Shown here: one piece after another, positions 20,990 to 31,009 of the stretch
How positions within the stretch are numbered: position 1 is the stretch's first letter
Layout of the letters: each line of letters begins with the position of its first letter
Source: Nitrospirota bacterium
GTDB taxonomy: Bacteria; Nitrospirota; Thermodesulfovibrionia; Thermodesulfovibrionales; Dissulfurispiraceae
DNA: 64,000 nucleotides
Direction: 5' to 3'
Assembly: GCA_963790025.1 (NCBI GenBank)
Contig: CAWBMP010000004.1
Location: 64,001 to 128,000 of the forward strand
Made by a program: the position numbers and the translations under genes
Notes under the pieces: model-generated
The model's database searches: none
Seen by the model: only the letters and a program-made list of their open reading frames with translations
Told to the model about the DNA's origin: nothing

Positions 20990-21715
20990 TTAAACTTTTG
21001 CAATTTGCGTAACGGTCTTCTCTGCCAGTGTATCAAAGTTCTTTATAACAGTCTGCGCCGCTTCAAACTGTCTTGAGGCCGTTATAATTCCAACCATCTC
21101 CTTAATAGGGTTCACATTGGACATCTCAAGATTACCTTGCAGTATTTGTGCGTCCGAGACACCAGTCTCAGTGCCCGAAATCATGGAGTTACCGATATAT
21201 GACATGGAAGACTGATCGAGCTTTACCACTTTCAGCTTGCCCATGGTGTTTCCATCCATAAAAATGGTACCGTCTGCCGAGATCTCAATTTTCGAGCCCT
21301 GTATGAGTATCGGTCTGTTTGCCGTATCAAGGACCTGCTGCCCGGTCGCGTCTACAATAAAACCTGCTTTATCACGGCTGAAATTGCCGTTTCTTGTGTA
21401 ATATATATTGTTCTTTCCCTGCACCGCAAAATAACCGTCTCCCTTCAAAGCAAGATCAAGTGGGTTCCCTGTTGCCCTCACGTCGCCATCCGATAAGTCA
21501 ATTGAATATTGCCCGAAGTAAGTCATGTCATTTGCACCGGAATAGGCGGCTTTCTGCTTGTCTGTCACTCCCTCAAGAAGCGGATAAAGCCGGGAGGCAA
21601 ATGATGTCCGTTTATATCCGGTAGTATTGGCATTGGCCAGGTTATGGGCCACATTGTCCAGTTCCTGGTCCCTGATCATCGCTCCGGTCATTGCGACATA
21701 TATCCCTTTATACAT
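20990..21715 (-). CDS. flgF: Proximal rod protein
   Basis: AHNLANANTTGYK, TGNPLDLAL, YTRNGNF, LEMSNVN. Confidence 0.92.
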   Translation of the reverse strand: MYKGIYVAMTGAMIRDQELDNVAHNLANANTTGYKRTSFASRLYPLLEGVTDKQKAAYSGANDMTYFGQYSIDLSDGDVRATGNPLDLALKGDGYFAVQGKNNIYYTRNGNFSRDKAGFIVDATGQQVLDTANRPILIQGSKIEISADGTIFMDGNTMGKLKVVKLDQSSMSYIGNSMISGTETGVSDAQILQGNLEMSNVNPIKEMVGIITASRQFEAAQTVIKNFDTLAEKTVTQIAKV

Positions 21716-21752
21716 AAGCGCATCACCTCAATCAATATTGAAATAAGAGAAA

Positions 21753-21767
21753 GCAATAACAATGCCA
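21753..21767 (-). promoter_or_regulatory. Sigma54 promoter of flgF operon
   Basis: TGGCAT-TGTTA-TTGC. Confidence 0.85.
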
Positions 21768-21823
21768 GAAATACGTCAAGCGTCGAGCGCCAAAAGAAGG
21801 TGAGCAAACTGCCTGTTTTGATG

Positions 21824-21906
21824 GTCATTGCGGGCCCTGACTTATCAGGCGCAGCAATCTCAGGGGTTCAACAACGCAGATTCCTTAGATTCACTCGCAA
21901 GGACAA
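21824..21906. repeat. REP/MITE-like palindromic element (GTCATTGCG...GCAATCTC...CTCGCAANGAC)
   Basis: Same family as 53600-53746. Confidence 0.6.
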
Positions 21907-21957
21907 CTGTTTTCCTTGTTTTTTTTATGTTGCTTGTGGCTCTTAACGCATCCAGGC

Positions 21958-21991
21958 GGGAAAATTTTACCTGAGGCGGGAAAATTATACC
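21958..21991. promoter_or_regulatory. Tandem candidate activator boxes
   Basis: GGGAAAATTTTACC and GGGAAAATTATACC, 20 bp apart, upstream of the flgF sigma54 promoter. Confidence 0.55.
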
Positions 21992-22185
21992 TCTATATCG
22001 ATACCTTCGCGCATCTCTTTCGCAGACTTCAACAACTCTTTTTCTTTCTGCCGGGACTCCTCTTCGTCTTCGGGGCGATTTTTTTTCTTCTTCACAATGC
22101 GGGTCTTGGGCAGGACATAGCCCGAGCCGATATTCCTCACCCCCGTAATCCTGTATAAGTCCGTTATGCCATCATAATCAGCCAT
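21985..22185 (-). CDS. Small charged hypothetical protein (66 aa)
   Basis: ORF directly behind a near-consensus sigma28 promoter; ends GIDIEV. Confidence 0.7.
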   Translation of the reverse strand: MADYDGITDLYRITGVRNIGSGYVLPKTRIVKKKKNRPEDEEESRQKEKELLKSAKEMREGIDIEV

Positions 22186-22195
22186 CTTGCCTTAT

Positions 22196-22222
22196 TTATC
22201 GAATAAAATCATAATTACTTTA
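22196..22222 (-). promoter_or_regulatory. Sigma28 promoter
   Basis: TAAA-N15-TTCGATAA. Confidence 0.75.
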
Positions 22223-22238
22223 AAAAACAGGTAAAAGG

Positions 22239-23079
22239 CTACAGCAAATTAGTTCTTTGCTCCGCATGACAGTGCTTCAGCCTTTCCTGCAATGAGTTAA
22301 ACTGTGTTGTCGTCAGCCCAAGCTGCTCAAAGCCAATTTGGCTAAAATCTATTGCAGTACGCATCCCTATTCCCATGTGCAGACACATCGCATCGGCTAC
22401 CTGAACAATCTGGCACATAGTCTCGTAGCCGCTGTCTTGAAAGGCAGGATACTGTTCAGCATGATGGTATTCAATTACCGCCTCAAGGTTCCGCGGCAGC
22501 TTCCACTTCCTGGCAATAAGCGCCCCGACATTGCAGTGATTGAATCCCAAAATTTCATCCTCGGCAACAATAGAGTTAAGTTTCTCCTGATCAACCTTTT
22601 TTATAACAGCTTTGTATTGCTCAGGCAGACTATTGTTGATAACGATCTTTCCCATATCATGTATGAGACCGCCGATCAGCGCCTCTTCCGGTATCAGCAT
22701 CCCGGTCTCAGCCGCCAGGAGTGCCGCCGCAATAGACACACCGAGGCTGTGCTCCCAATGCTGCTGCTCGAATAGTCCGAATTTCCTGTGGAGAATCTTT
22801 TAGTGAGGCAGCCGCCACCAGAGACTTCATTGAACTAAAGCCGATAAGAATTATAGCCGTGGAAATAGTATCAATCCCCCTGCCGCGGCCGTAATATGGC
22901 GAATTGGCTATTCTCAAGAGACGGGTCGAAAACGATTCATCCTGGGAGATAATCTCTTCCAGCTGATTGATGGAAGTAAAATCACTGCTGACAAGCTGAA
23001 GAACTTTTGATGCCACAGGAGGCAGACTCGGGACATCGACGGTTTCAAGAATAATCTTTTCCAGCACGTCTTCTTTCAT
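22239..23079 (-). pseudogene. HDOD-domain protein split by a +1 frameshift near 22795
   Basis: N-half LPPVASKVL...LLRIANSPYY; C-half GLIHDMGK...HCNVG...WKLP...YHH; removing one T restores KDLHRKFGLFEQQHWEHSLGV. Confidence 0.85.
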
Positions 23080-23125
23080 CAGCTCTCCATTGGTTGTTTA
23101 TAAGTATATGAGTGCACCCATTTAC

Positions 23126-24187
23126 TCATACACTATTAACTATTTCTCCTGCCATTTCTTCCAGTGGAAGCACTTTATCAGCGATTCCCGCATCTACCAC
23201 TGCCTTCGGCATACCATATACTACACAAGTTTCCTCATCCTGTGCAAATATGCGCCCCCCTGATTTTTTTAGGTTGATCAATCCTTTCAGGCCGTCATTC
23301 CCCATGCCGGTCAGTATTATGCCCAGTGCCCTGTCTGGGAAAAATTCGGCAACTGAAGACATCAGTGCGTCCACGGAAGGCCTGTATATGAATTCCTCTT
23401 TATTGACCGAAATGCTTATTATTGTCTCTATACCCCTTACCCTGGTTAAACGCATATGGCCCCGGCCCGGAGCAATCAGGGCCAATCCCGGCTTTACAGG
23501 CTCTCCTTCCACAGCCTCCCTGACTTCTATCTGACTCAACTGATTCAGCCTTTCAGCAAACGGACCGGTAAAGTTGGGCGGCATGTGCTGGGCAATAACA
23601 ATAGGGACGGGAAAGTCCTTCGGAAGTTTAGGTATTATCTCCTGCAGGGCCTTGGGCCCGCCGGTGGACGTGCCGATGGAGACAATTCCAACCCTGCGTG
23701 CGCCCACGGTCCTGAGCGGCATATGTGTCGGGACCTCAGTTACTCTCGGAGCTGCCGTCCCGGAGACCTGCCTGATGCGCTTTTTAACCATCCCCCTCCT
23801 TGCGATGTTCTTTATTTTGTCGAGCAGTATCTCCTTGATCTTCACAATATTGACAGAAAGGTCCGAGAGGTTTTTTGGGATAAAATCAACAGCGCCCAGA
23901 TCCAGGGCATCCAATGTTACCTTTGCGCCTTCCGTCGCTATTGAACTCACCATAATTACAGGCAAAGGGTTTGTCTCCATAATTTTCTTTAATGCGGCGA
24001 TCCCGTCCATTCTTGGCATTTCAATATCCATGGTGACAACATCCGGCTTAAGGGCCACGATCTTTTCAATCGCTTCAAGTCCATCTCTTGCCGTGCCGAC
24101 AATTTTGATTTCGGGATCAGAGGAAAGCATGGTGGACAACGCATTCCGCATGAAAGCCGAATCATCAACAATAAGAATTTTTACCAT
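23126..24187 (-). CDS. cheB: Chemotaxis methylesterase (REC-CheB)
   Basis: REC domain; GTSTGGP, QHMP, RPSVD, LTGMGNDG. Confidence 0.97.
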   Translation of the reverse strand: MVKILIVDDSAFMRNALSTMLSSDPEIKIVGTARDGLEAIEKIVALKPDVVTMDIEMPRMDGIAALKKIMETNPLPVIMVSSIATEGAKVTLDALDLGAVDFIPKNLSDLSVNIVKIKEILLDKIKNIARRGMVKKRIRQVSGTAAPRVTEVPTHMPLRTVGARRVGIVSIGTSTGGPKALQEIIPKLPKDFPVPIVIAQHMPPNFTGPFAERLNQLSQIEVREAVEGEPVKPGLALIAPGRGHMRLTRVRGIETIISISVNKEEFIYRPSVDALMSSVAEFFPDRALGIILTGMGNDGLKGLINLKKSGGRIFAQDEETCVVYGMPKAVVDAGIADKVLPLEEMAGEIVNSV

Positions 24188-25366
24188 CTAGAATCCAAAA
24201 TCTTTCAGCAGATCGTCGACGTCCTCTTGTGAAACTTTTTCCGGGGCTGCAATATCCGCTTTCAGACCCGTCTCAGATTTGGAGCCGAACGTCGTTACAA
24301 GTTTTACCAGCTCTTCTTCGATATCTCCGACAAGTTTTATGACCTTCTTTATAGTCTGCCCTGTAAGGTCCTGGAAAGACTGGGTCGTAAGAATTTCGGT
24401 CAAATCATCCTCAAACCCTGACTTGAATGTCTTGAGATACTGGACAGATTCTTCAGGCCCCTGCAGATTTCGTATATGTGAAGCCAGTTCATCCATGGTC
24501 AATATATGTTTTTCGACTATCCCCATGGTCCGGTTCGCAGCATCTTCCGTCTTCTCGATAACAAACTGCAACTGGTCAACTGCATTAGGCATCTCGGTGG
24601 CCGCCATATCTTTGAGTTTCGGATTAAGCGTTTCCTTAAAGCTTCGTATAGTATCATGGAGCTTGCGCGTTACCTTGCCGACCTCCCGGAAGAGATCATT
24701 CTGTCCTTTCTTCATTATGCTCTGGGCAGCGATGTCGGCTTTCTCAAAGTCCTCGCCTGCAATCGCATTCATGAAGCCGACCATGTCATCAAAAAGAGCA
24801 TAACGAGGATCTGAGGGGGCCACCCCCTGCCGCGAAAAGAAATTTTTAGCTTCGAGCACTTCTTTGACCAGCGTTTCTCCTCCTATCCCCTCAACCTTCT
24901 TAATCACCTCGACCTGATCACCTGTTTCCTTCACTTCATAAATTTCATCTTCAAACATGCTCATGTCTTCGAGAGGGATCAGCTTCCTTGTATCCAGCAG
25001 TACGAGCAATTTCTCGCCGACCTTTGCAACTCCTGACACGATCTCGGAGGTGTTAAAGTCTGTGGGCGGCTCTATCGATGAATCCTCTATCGTAATTACA
25101 CCCGTTATTTCATCAATAAGCACTCCGAAAGTAATCCGGCCGGTTGTTACGACAATGACTTTCTCTCCTATGGAATCTCCTCCGAAGCCGGCAAGTTTTT
25201 TTAGATTGACGATGGGAATAATCCTTCCCCTGAGGTTTGTGATCCCCTCTATATAATGAGGTACCTGCGGCAGTTTGGTCAGGCGCGGCAGATTAACAAT
25301 CTCCTGAACCTTCAGAATAGGAATGGTGTATTCATTATTATTCATGGTAAAACCTATATACTGCAT
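24188..25366 (-). CDS. CheW-CheZ fusion protein
   Basis: N-terminal CheW (VQEI...GITNLRGRIIPIVNL); C-terminal CheZ (TEDAANRTM, QSFQDLTGQ, SQEDVDDLLKDFGF). Confidence 0.9.
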   Translation of the reverse strand: MQYIGFTMNNNEYTIPILKVQEIVNLPRLTKLPQVPHYIEGITNLRGRIIPIVNLKKLAGFGGDSIGEKVIVVTTGRITFGVLIDEITGVITIEDSSIEPPTDFNTSEIVSGVAKVGEKLLVLLDTRKLIPLEDMSMFEDEIYEVKETGDQVEVIKKVEGIGGETLVKEVLEAKNFFSRQGVAPSDPRYALFDDMVGFMNAIAGEDFEKADIAAQSIMKKGQNDLFREVGKVTRKLHDTIRSFKETLNPKLKDMAATEMPNAVDQLQFVIEKTEDAANRTMGIVEKHILTMDELASHIRNLQGPEESVQYLKTFKSGFEDDLTEILTTQSFQDLTGQTIKKVIKLVGDIEEELVKLVTTFGSKSETGLKADIAAPEKVSQEDVDDLLKDFGF

Positions 25367-25383
25367 ACTTCCTCCTTAAAATA

Positions 25384-25458
25384 CGTCTACAGCGTACTGC
25401 GTTAAAAACCTAAAACCAGTCTTTAAAACACAGAACGCCGAACGCAGTACTCATACCG
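25384..25458. repeat. Heptamer tandem-repeat inverted element
   Basis: AGCGTACTGCGTT arm and GAACGCC GAACGCA GTACTC arm. Confidence 0.7.
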
Positions 25459-25469
25459 CTTAAGTCCGT

Positions 25470-27260
25470 TCAAGCGGTCTTATTCGTAAAAATACTGCGC
25501 GAAAACACTGCAAGATCAAGAATGAGCACGACTCTGCCATCGCCGGTGATTGTGGCGCCCAATATGCCGCACTCTTCAGATTCTATGCCATTGATGGTCT
25601 TAATCACAATTTCTTCCTGTCCGAGCAATTCGTCAACAGCGATGCAGAACCGCCTGTCTCCGACGATCGCGACAAGCACATATGTATGGTCACTGCTCTC
25701 TTTTTTTATGTTCCGCACCGCGAGAACAGCAGACATGTCGAACATCGGGATGACCCTGCCTCTTATAGTCAGCACCTTTTGCCCTGTTATGTCCTTGACA
25801 TCGCTTTTTTTGATCCTGAATGTTTCTTCTATCATGGATTGCGGGACAGCGTAATACTCATCGCCGACCCTGACCATCATGGCCTGCAAAATTGCAAGTG
25901 TGAGCGGCAAACTTATCTTAAAGGTGGTCCCGATATCTTTTTGGGTAATAACTTCAACATAGCCGTTCAGTTTCCCTACGTTAGTTTTAACTACATCCAT
26001 TCCTACCCCACGGCCGCTCAATTCAGTAGAAACCTCTTTTGTCGAGAATCCTGGAAGGAATATAAGGTTTATTGCCGTGTCGTCAGACATCTTCTGTGAC
26101 TCTTCTTCGGATATGAGCCCCTTCGACAACGCCTTCTTCTTTACCGCATTAACATCTATCCCTTTGCCGTCATCCGATACTTCAATAACAATCTGCGTAC
26201 CTCTTTGGTAGGCGCTGAGAATGATCCTGCCCCTTTTGGGCTTGCCTTTAAGTTCTCTTTCAGCAGAAAACTCGATCGCGTGGTCTATGGAATTCCTGAT
26301 GATATGCACGAGAGGGTCGCCGATATTCTCTATAACGGTTTTATCGACCTCCGTATCCTCGCCAAACATCTCCAGATCTATGTCCTTGCCCAGTGTTCGG
26401 GACATATCTCTCACCATTCTGGGGAACTTGCCGAAGACCTTCTGAATAGGCTGCATCCTCATCTTCATAACGGCAAGTTGCAGGTCTGAAGTGACTCTAT
26501 CCAGAAAACCCGTAGTCTCGACCAGGCCTTCCACATAGGGGTCATCAGAATAATTTATATCGAGCTTGGTTGCAAGATTAAGGAGCCTGTTCCGGGCAAG
26601 AACTATCTCTCCGGCAAGGTCCATCACTTTATCAATTCTCGATATATCAACCCTCAGGTGAGAGACGACTTCCCTTTCCTTCGCCATCTCTTCAGCGACA
26701 GAGGAAGGTCCAACGGCAGGTGAAGGTATAGGTTTAGGTTTAGATTCAGGTTCAGATTCGGGTTCATTTGTTTGCTCTGCCTCTGCCTCTTTTTCGGGCT
26801 CTGCCTCAACCTTTACTTCTGCTTCTACTTTTGTTTTTGGCTCTGCCTCTGCCTTTACCTCTGCCTGTGGTTTCGCCGACTCGGAAGCCTTGTCCAGTTC
26901 TGCAAGCAGCGTTGAAATGTCTTCCTCAATGCCATCTTTAATTTTTATATGGAAAATAAGGAGCCGTAAGGTATCGACACTCTTAAGGATGACATCCATT
27001 AATTCCATCGAAAGGGCAATCTCGGCATCCCGGACCCTTTTCATGATGCTTTCGGCCCTGTGGGCAACATCGACTATCGGCTGAAATCCGAGGAACCCCG
27101 CAGCACCTTTAAGCGTATGCATGCCGCGGAATATCTCGTTGATCATGTCTTTATCGTATCCCTTTGTTTCCAGCTCGACAAACATGGGATCGATTCTTTC
27201 GAGCGTTTCCGAAGCTTCGGTAACGAACTCGTCTATTATTTCTTCCATCTCATCAGCCAT
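25470..27260 (-). CDS. cheA: Chemotaxis histidine kinase (no recognisable P2 domain)
   Basis: HPt IFRGMHTLKG, HIIRNSIDH, DDGKG, GFST, SGRGVGMDVV, C-terminal CheW domain. Confidence 0.96.
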   Translation of the reverse strand: MADEMEEIIDEFVTEASETLERIDPMFVELETKGYDKDMINEIFRGMHTLKGAAGFLGFQPIVDVAHRAESIMKRVRDAEIALSMELMDVILKSVDTLRLLIFHIKIKDGIEEDISTLLAELDKASESAKPQAEVKAEAEPKTKVEAEVKVEAEPEKEAEAEQTNEPESEPESKPKPIPSPAVGPSSVAEEMAKEREVVSHLRVDISRIDKVMDLAGEIVLARNRLLNLATKLDINYSDDPYVEGLVETTGFLDRVTSDLQLAVMKMRMQPIQKVFGKFPRMVRDMSRTLGKDIDLEMFGEDTEVDKTVIENIGDPLVHIIRNSIDHAIEFSAERELKGKPKRGRIILSAYQRGTQIVIEVSDDGKGIDVNAVKKKALSKGLISEEESQKMSDDTAINLIFLPGFSTKEVSTELSGRGVGMDVVKTNVGKLNGYVEVITQKDIGTTFKISLPLTLAILQAMMVRVGDEYYAVPQSMIEETFRIKKSDVKDITGQKVLTIRGRVIPMFDMSAVLAVRNIKKESSDHTYVLVAIVGDRRFCIAVDELLGQEEIVIKTINGIESEECGILGATITGDGRVVLILDLAVFSRSIFTNKTA

Positions 27261-27262
27261 GA

Positions 27263-27670
27263 CTATCCCTCAGCTTTCAAAGACTTTTTCTTATCAGCAA
27301 TTTTTTCGAGTTTCTCCTTTAGTATCTCGGCTGTAAATGGCTTGACGATATAGTTGTCTACCCCGGCTTTAATGGCCTCTATCACTTTTTCTTTTTCGGC
27401 CTCTGCCGTCACCATGAGAAAAGGAATATTTTTTAATGGTTCAGTCTCCTTCCGGACATTCCTGAGCAGTTCAATCCCTTCCACATTCGGCATATTCCAA
27501 TCAGAAATTACCAGTCCATAATTGCCGCTTTTCAGCCGTTGCATGGCCTGTCCCCCATCTTCAGCCTCGTCTATATTTTCGAATCCAAGCTGTTTGAGAA
27601 GGTTCTTCACTATTCTCCTCATAGTCGGGAAGTCATCCACAACAAGTACTTTGATAGTAAGATTAAACAT
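27263..27670 (-). CDS. cheY: Chemotaxis response regulator
   Basis: [37 protein letters not shown]. Confidence 0.95.
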   Translation of the reverse strand: MFNLTIKVLVVDDFPTMRRIVKNLLKQLGFENIDEAEDGGQAMQRLKSGNYGLVISDWNMPNVEGIELLRNVRKETEPLKNIPFLMVTAEAEKEKVIEAIKAGVDNYIVKPFTAEILKEKLEKIADKKKSLKAEG

Positions 27671-28053
27671 TACTCCCCACCTCCGCTAAATATCTTTTTA
27701 AAAATGAGTTTTATGCTTTCATTGATCTTGTCGGCATTAGTAGGTTTGACCAGATAGTCATCAACGCCGGCATCGAAGGCCTTTTTCTTTTCATCGTCAT
27801 CAGCTTCTGTAGTAACCATAATAATCGGAATGTTCTTCAGATTGATGTCTGACCTGAGCGTCTTAGTAAGTTCGATGCCGTCCATATAAGGCATATTCAT
27901 ATCGGTGACAACAAGGTTGATACTTTCAGTCCCGAGTTTCTCAAGCGCATCAAGGCCATTTTCTGCCGACGCCACCTCGTACCCCTTGCTTTTAAGATAC
28001 AAGCCCAGCAGTTTCCTCGTTGTCTTGTCATCATCAACTATCAATAGCTTCAT
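27670..28053 (-). CDS. Single-domain response regulator (CheY-like)
   Basis: MKLLIVDDD...TDMNMP...MVTT...YLVKP. Confidence 0.9.
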   Translation of the reverse strand: MKLLIVDDDKTTRKLLGLYLKSKGYEVASAENGLDALEKLGTESINLVVTDMNMPYMDGIELTKTLRSDINLKNIPIIMVTTEADDDEKKKAFDAGVDDYLVKPTNADKINESIKLIFKKIFSGGGE

Positions 28054-28062
28054 GGGACCCCC

Positions 28063-28231
28063 CAAAGGCAGACAAAGATTAAGGCAGAGGTAAAGACAAA
28101 CGAAAAGCAAAGTGAAAAAACCCCATCTCTTAATTCCACGCGCCTTTCTATCTTCATCTTACCTTCATCATTTTGTTCTTGCCTTTATTTTTCTCTACCG
28201 CTGCCTCTGCCCTTACCTTTACCTCTGCCTT
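28063..28231. repeat. Hexamer tandem-repeat inverted element
   Basis: AAGGCAGAGGTAAAG arm and CCTTACCTTTACCTCTGCCTT arm. Confidence 0.75.
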
Positions 28232-28236
28232 TCTTT

Positions 28237-29067
28237 TTAGACCTTCTGATATATGATTACTCTATTTATCACTACAGGCCTGAAAGCCCTCGTCACATTA
28301 TGGAGACTTTCAGATGTGCCGATAAAGAGATAGCCTCCCGGCCTTAGCGCATCATATAAATGCGATACAACCTTTTGTTTGGCCTTATCATCAAAATAAA
28401 TAAGAACATTGCGGCAAAAAATTATATCAATCCCGCGTATCGACCTTACATCTTTTTCTTCCATCAGATTTACCCTGGATAATTTTACCAGGGATTTTAC
28501 CGCATTTGATAAAGTATATTGCTGGTTTGAATCTGTAAAGTATTTCTTCAAATATGCGGCCGGGATATTCCGGATGGCATATGAACCGTATACCCCTGCA
28601 CGCGCCGATGCCAGCACCGATTCGCTGATATCAGAAGCATATATATCTTTTTTAAATCCGATGAGTTCACCTTTCTCAAGAAGGACTATGGACAAGGTAT
28701 ACGGTTCCTCTCCGGTAGAAGACGCAGCAGACCATATTCTGATGTCCCTCCGGCCCGCATTTGCATTTTCGGTGGATATCCGGCTCAACAATTCGCTGCC
28801 GAATACCTCGAATTGCTGGGGCTCGCGGAAGAAAAAAGTCTCATTGGTCGTTATTAAGTCAAAAAGCCGCTGAAGCTCCAGGCGGTCCGCCCCATATTTG
28901 AGATTATAAAGGTAATCCTCATAGCCCTTCAGATTCATTTCCTGTACTCTTCTGCCGAGCCTGTTTTCAAGGAAGTATTTCTTATTGTCCGGAATAAAAA
29001 TACCGCTTTTTTCGTAAATAAAGTCCCTGAACTGTTTAAATACGTCATCCTGTATCGCGATGATCAT
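28237..29067 (-). CDS. cheR: Chemotaxis methyltransferase
   Basis: TTNETFFFRE, IWSAASSTGEEPY, IFCRNVLIYF, GTSESL. Confidence 0.97.
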   Translation of the reverse strand: MIIAIQDDVFKQFRDFIYEKSGIFIPDNKKYFLENRLGRRVQEMNLKGYEDYLYNLKYGADRLELQRLFDLITTNETFFFREPQQFEVFGSELLSRISTENANAGRRDIRIWSAASSTGEEPYTLSIVLLEKGELIGFKKDIYASDISESVLASARAGVYGSYAIRNIPAAYLKKYFTDSNQQYTLSNAVKSLVKLSRVNLMEEKDVRSIRGIDIIFCRNVLIYFDDKAKQKVVSHLYDALRPGGYLFIGTSESLHNVTRAFRPVVINRVIIYQKV

Positions 29068-30911
29068 AAGGAATTGAGCGCCTCCCTTATTTTCTCCTGA
29101 ACATCCTTGTTTTGATGGTCAAAATACGGAGAGAGGGCCTCATAAGCTTCACGTCCTCCAAGTTCAACTATGGCATCGATGGCAGACATGACAACAGGAA
29201 TGAATTCATCAAGCAGCAGCGGCGATATCCTGACAATAGCTGTGTCTCTATCGCAGGAGAAGGCAATTGTTTTGATCGCATAAAAACGGACCCAGGGGTC
29301 ATTGTCCTGTAAGACTCTGAAAAGTCCAGGGTGGCAGCAGCGCGCCTCTCCAAGCCCAACCACTGCGGCCTTGCGTACATCTGCATCACTGTCTCCCAAA
29401 AACGCGGACAACCGCGATGTGGCCTCTTCGGTCGCCATACGGCCAAGGCTGTTTATAGCGGCAATCTTTACTTTCTTCTCGGGGTCTTCCGTCAGTTTAC
29501 AGAGAATATTCTCATCCGATACTGTCTTTGATATAATCTCGCGGACCTGACTGCTGTAATCCGCAACGCCGGAAAGAAATCTCTCGGCATCTATTTGATT
29601 CAGCGATTCGACGATATTCTCAAGCACATCATAATAAGTCTCTATACCTATAAGTTTCATGAGCGGGCCATAAGCTTGTTTTGACTGCATCTTCCCGAGG
29701 GCCTCAATTGCGAGTCGCCGCACATGGCCGTCTGCATCGCGCTGCGCAGTCTCAAGAAGCGCGTCTATAGACTCGGAAGCCCCTATGTTGCCAAGCGCCA
29801 GGGTCGAAGCTCGCCGCAAATCCCTCTTCGCGTCACCCAAAAATCTGATAAGAATTGGCACAGCTCTCGTGCTTTTTATTTCACCCAGAATTCCCATCAC
29901 AAACAATATCCCCCGGCATTTCAAGCCGGGGGACTCAATCAGTCGCAAGAGTACCATTTCAGGATCAAGGGCCTTGATAGTGGTCTTCAACATTTCAATT
30001 CTTTCTTCACTATCCGGCAGTGAGGGATCAAGTGCTCCTGCAATATCAACCATCAGGTCGACAGCTTCCCTGCAATTAAGAGCTACGATCCCTTTCAGGG
30101 CCACCTCCCTGTCCTCCCATTCTCCATCCTTGAGCATGGTCATCAGGTATTCCGAGATATTGGACATGTCTGGGGTAATGCCTATCTTGAAAAGGCTCTT
30201 TATTACCGTATTCCTTTCATCTTCCGGCGCGTGCCGCAGGTAGGCGGCGAGTTTGTCAGCCGCCTTATCCGAGCCGAGTTTGCCCAGCGTCTCGATGGCC
30301 TCATGCCGAACAACTTCAGAAGGGAGCGCAAGCAGGGCGGCTATCTTCTCGACAGCACTGTCATCCTTGAGCTCTCCAAGGGCTTCCAACACAGAAAAGC
30401 AGACCCATTCCTCATCGTTCAGCGCATCAACCAGTTCCGGAACAGCCTGCCTGTATCCGAGCAGGCCGAGTGCCCTTGCCGCAGCCGCCCGCACATTGCT
30501 ATTGCTGTCCTTGAGCATCGGGACGATGAATGCCGGGGCAATGCCTTCACCTATATCGGCCAGAAGATCAATTGCGAATTTTCTTACATCATCGTCTTTA
30601 TCTTTGAGCAGCGGATATAGAAACGGTACCGATACGCTCCCCAGTTTTGTAAGTATAATCAGGGCCGTGTTTCGAAGATAGGTATTTTCCCGCAGGAGAG
30701 GCAGGACCATGTATGCTGTCACTTCGCCGCCGATGGCGATAAGGGACCTCATTGCGGCATCCTGCACCCCGACATTCTCATCGCTGAGCGCTTTGAGCAA
30801 TGGATACACCGCCGTATCATCACCGGCTGCCAGATCTTCAATAATCCTCTTTCTTACGGAAGGGTCTTTATCTTTCAGTTTTTGAATCAGTCTCTTGACG
30901 TTCTTCGCCAC
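29064..30911 (-). CDS. HEAT-repeat protein
   Basis: Repeated L.D....VR..A..ALG units across 615 aa. Confidence 0.9.
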   Translation of the reverse strand: MAKNVKRLIQKLKDKDPSVRKRIIEDLAAGDDTAVYPLLKALSDENVGVQDAAMRSLIAIGGEVTAYMVLPLLRENTYLRNTALIILTKLGSVSVPFLYPLLKDKDDDVRKFAIDLLADIGEGIAPAFIVPMLKDSNSNVRAAAARALGLLGYRQAVPELVDALNDEEWVCFSVLEALGELKDDSAVEKIAALLALPSEVVRHEAIETLGKLGSDKAADKLAAYLRHAPEDERNTVIKSLFKIGITPDMSNISEYLMTMLKDGEWEDREVALKGIVALNCREAVDLMVDIAGALDPSLPDSEERIEMLKTTIKALDPEMVLLRLIESPGLKCRGILFVMGILGEIKSTRAVPILIRFLGDAKRDLRRASTLALGNIGASESIDALLETAQRDADGHVRRLAIEALGKMQSKQAYGPLMKLIGIETYYDVLENIVESLNQIDAERFLSGVADYSSQVREIISKTVSDENILCKLTEDPEKKVKIAAINSLGRMATEEATSRLSAFLGDSDADVRKAAVVGLGEARCCHPGLFRVLQDNDPWVRFYAIKTIAFSCDRDTAIVRISPLLLDEFIPVVMSAIDAIVELGGREAYEALSPYFDHQNKDVQEKIREALNSL

Positions 30912-30937
30912 GCAATCAGCCTCCGTATGAAGATCAA

Positions 30938-30964
30938 TTATCGAATATTATAGTATATATATAA
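30938..30964 (-). promoter_or_regulatory. Candidate sigma28 promoter of chemotaxis operon
   Basis: TTAT-N15-TTCGATAA (good -10, weak -35). Confidence 0.55.
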
Positions 30965-31009
30965 GGAAACATAAGAGCAAGAGCGAACAAGGTATCAGGT
31001 TGACCTTCT

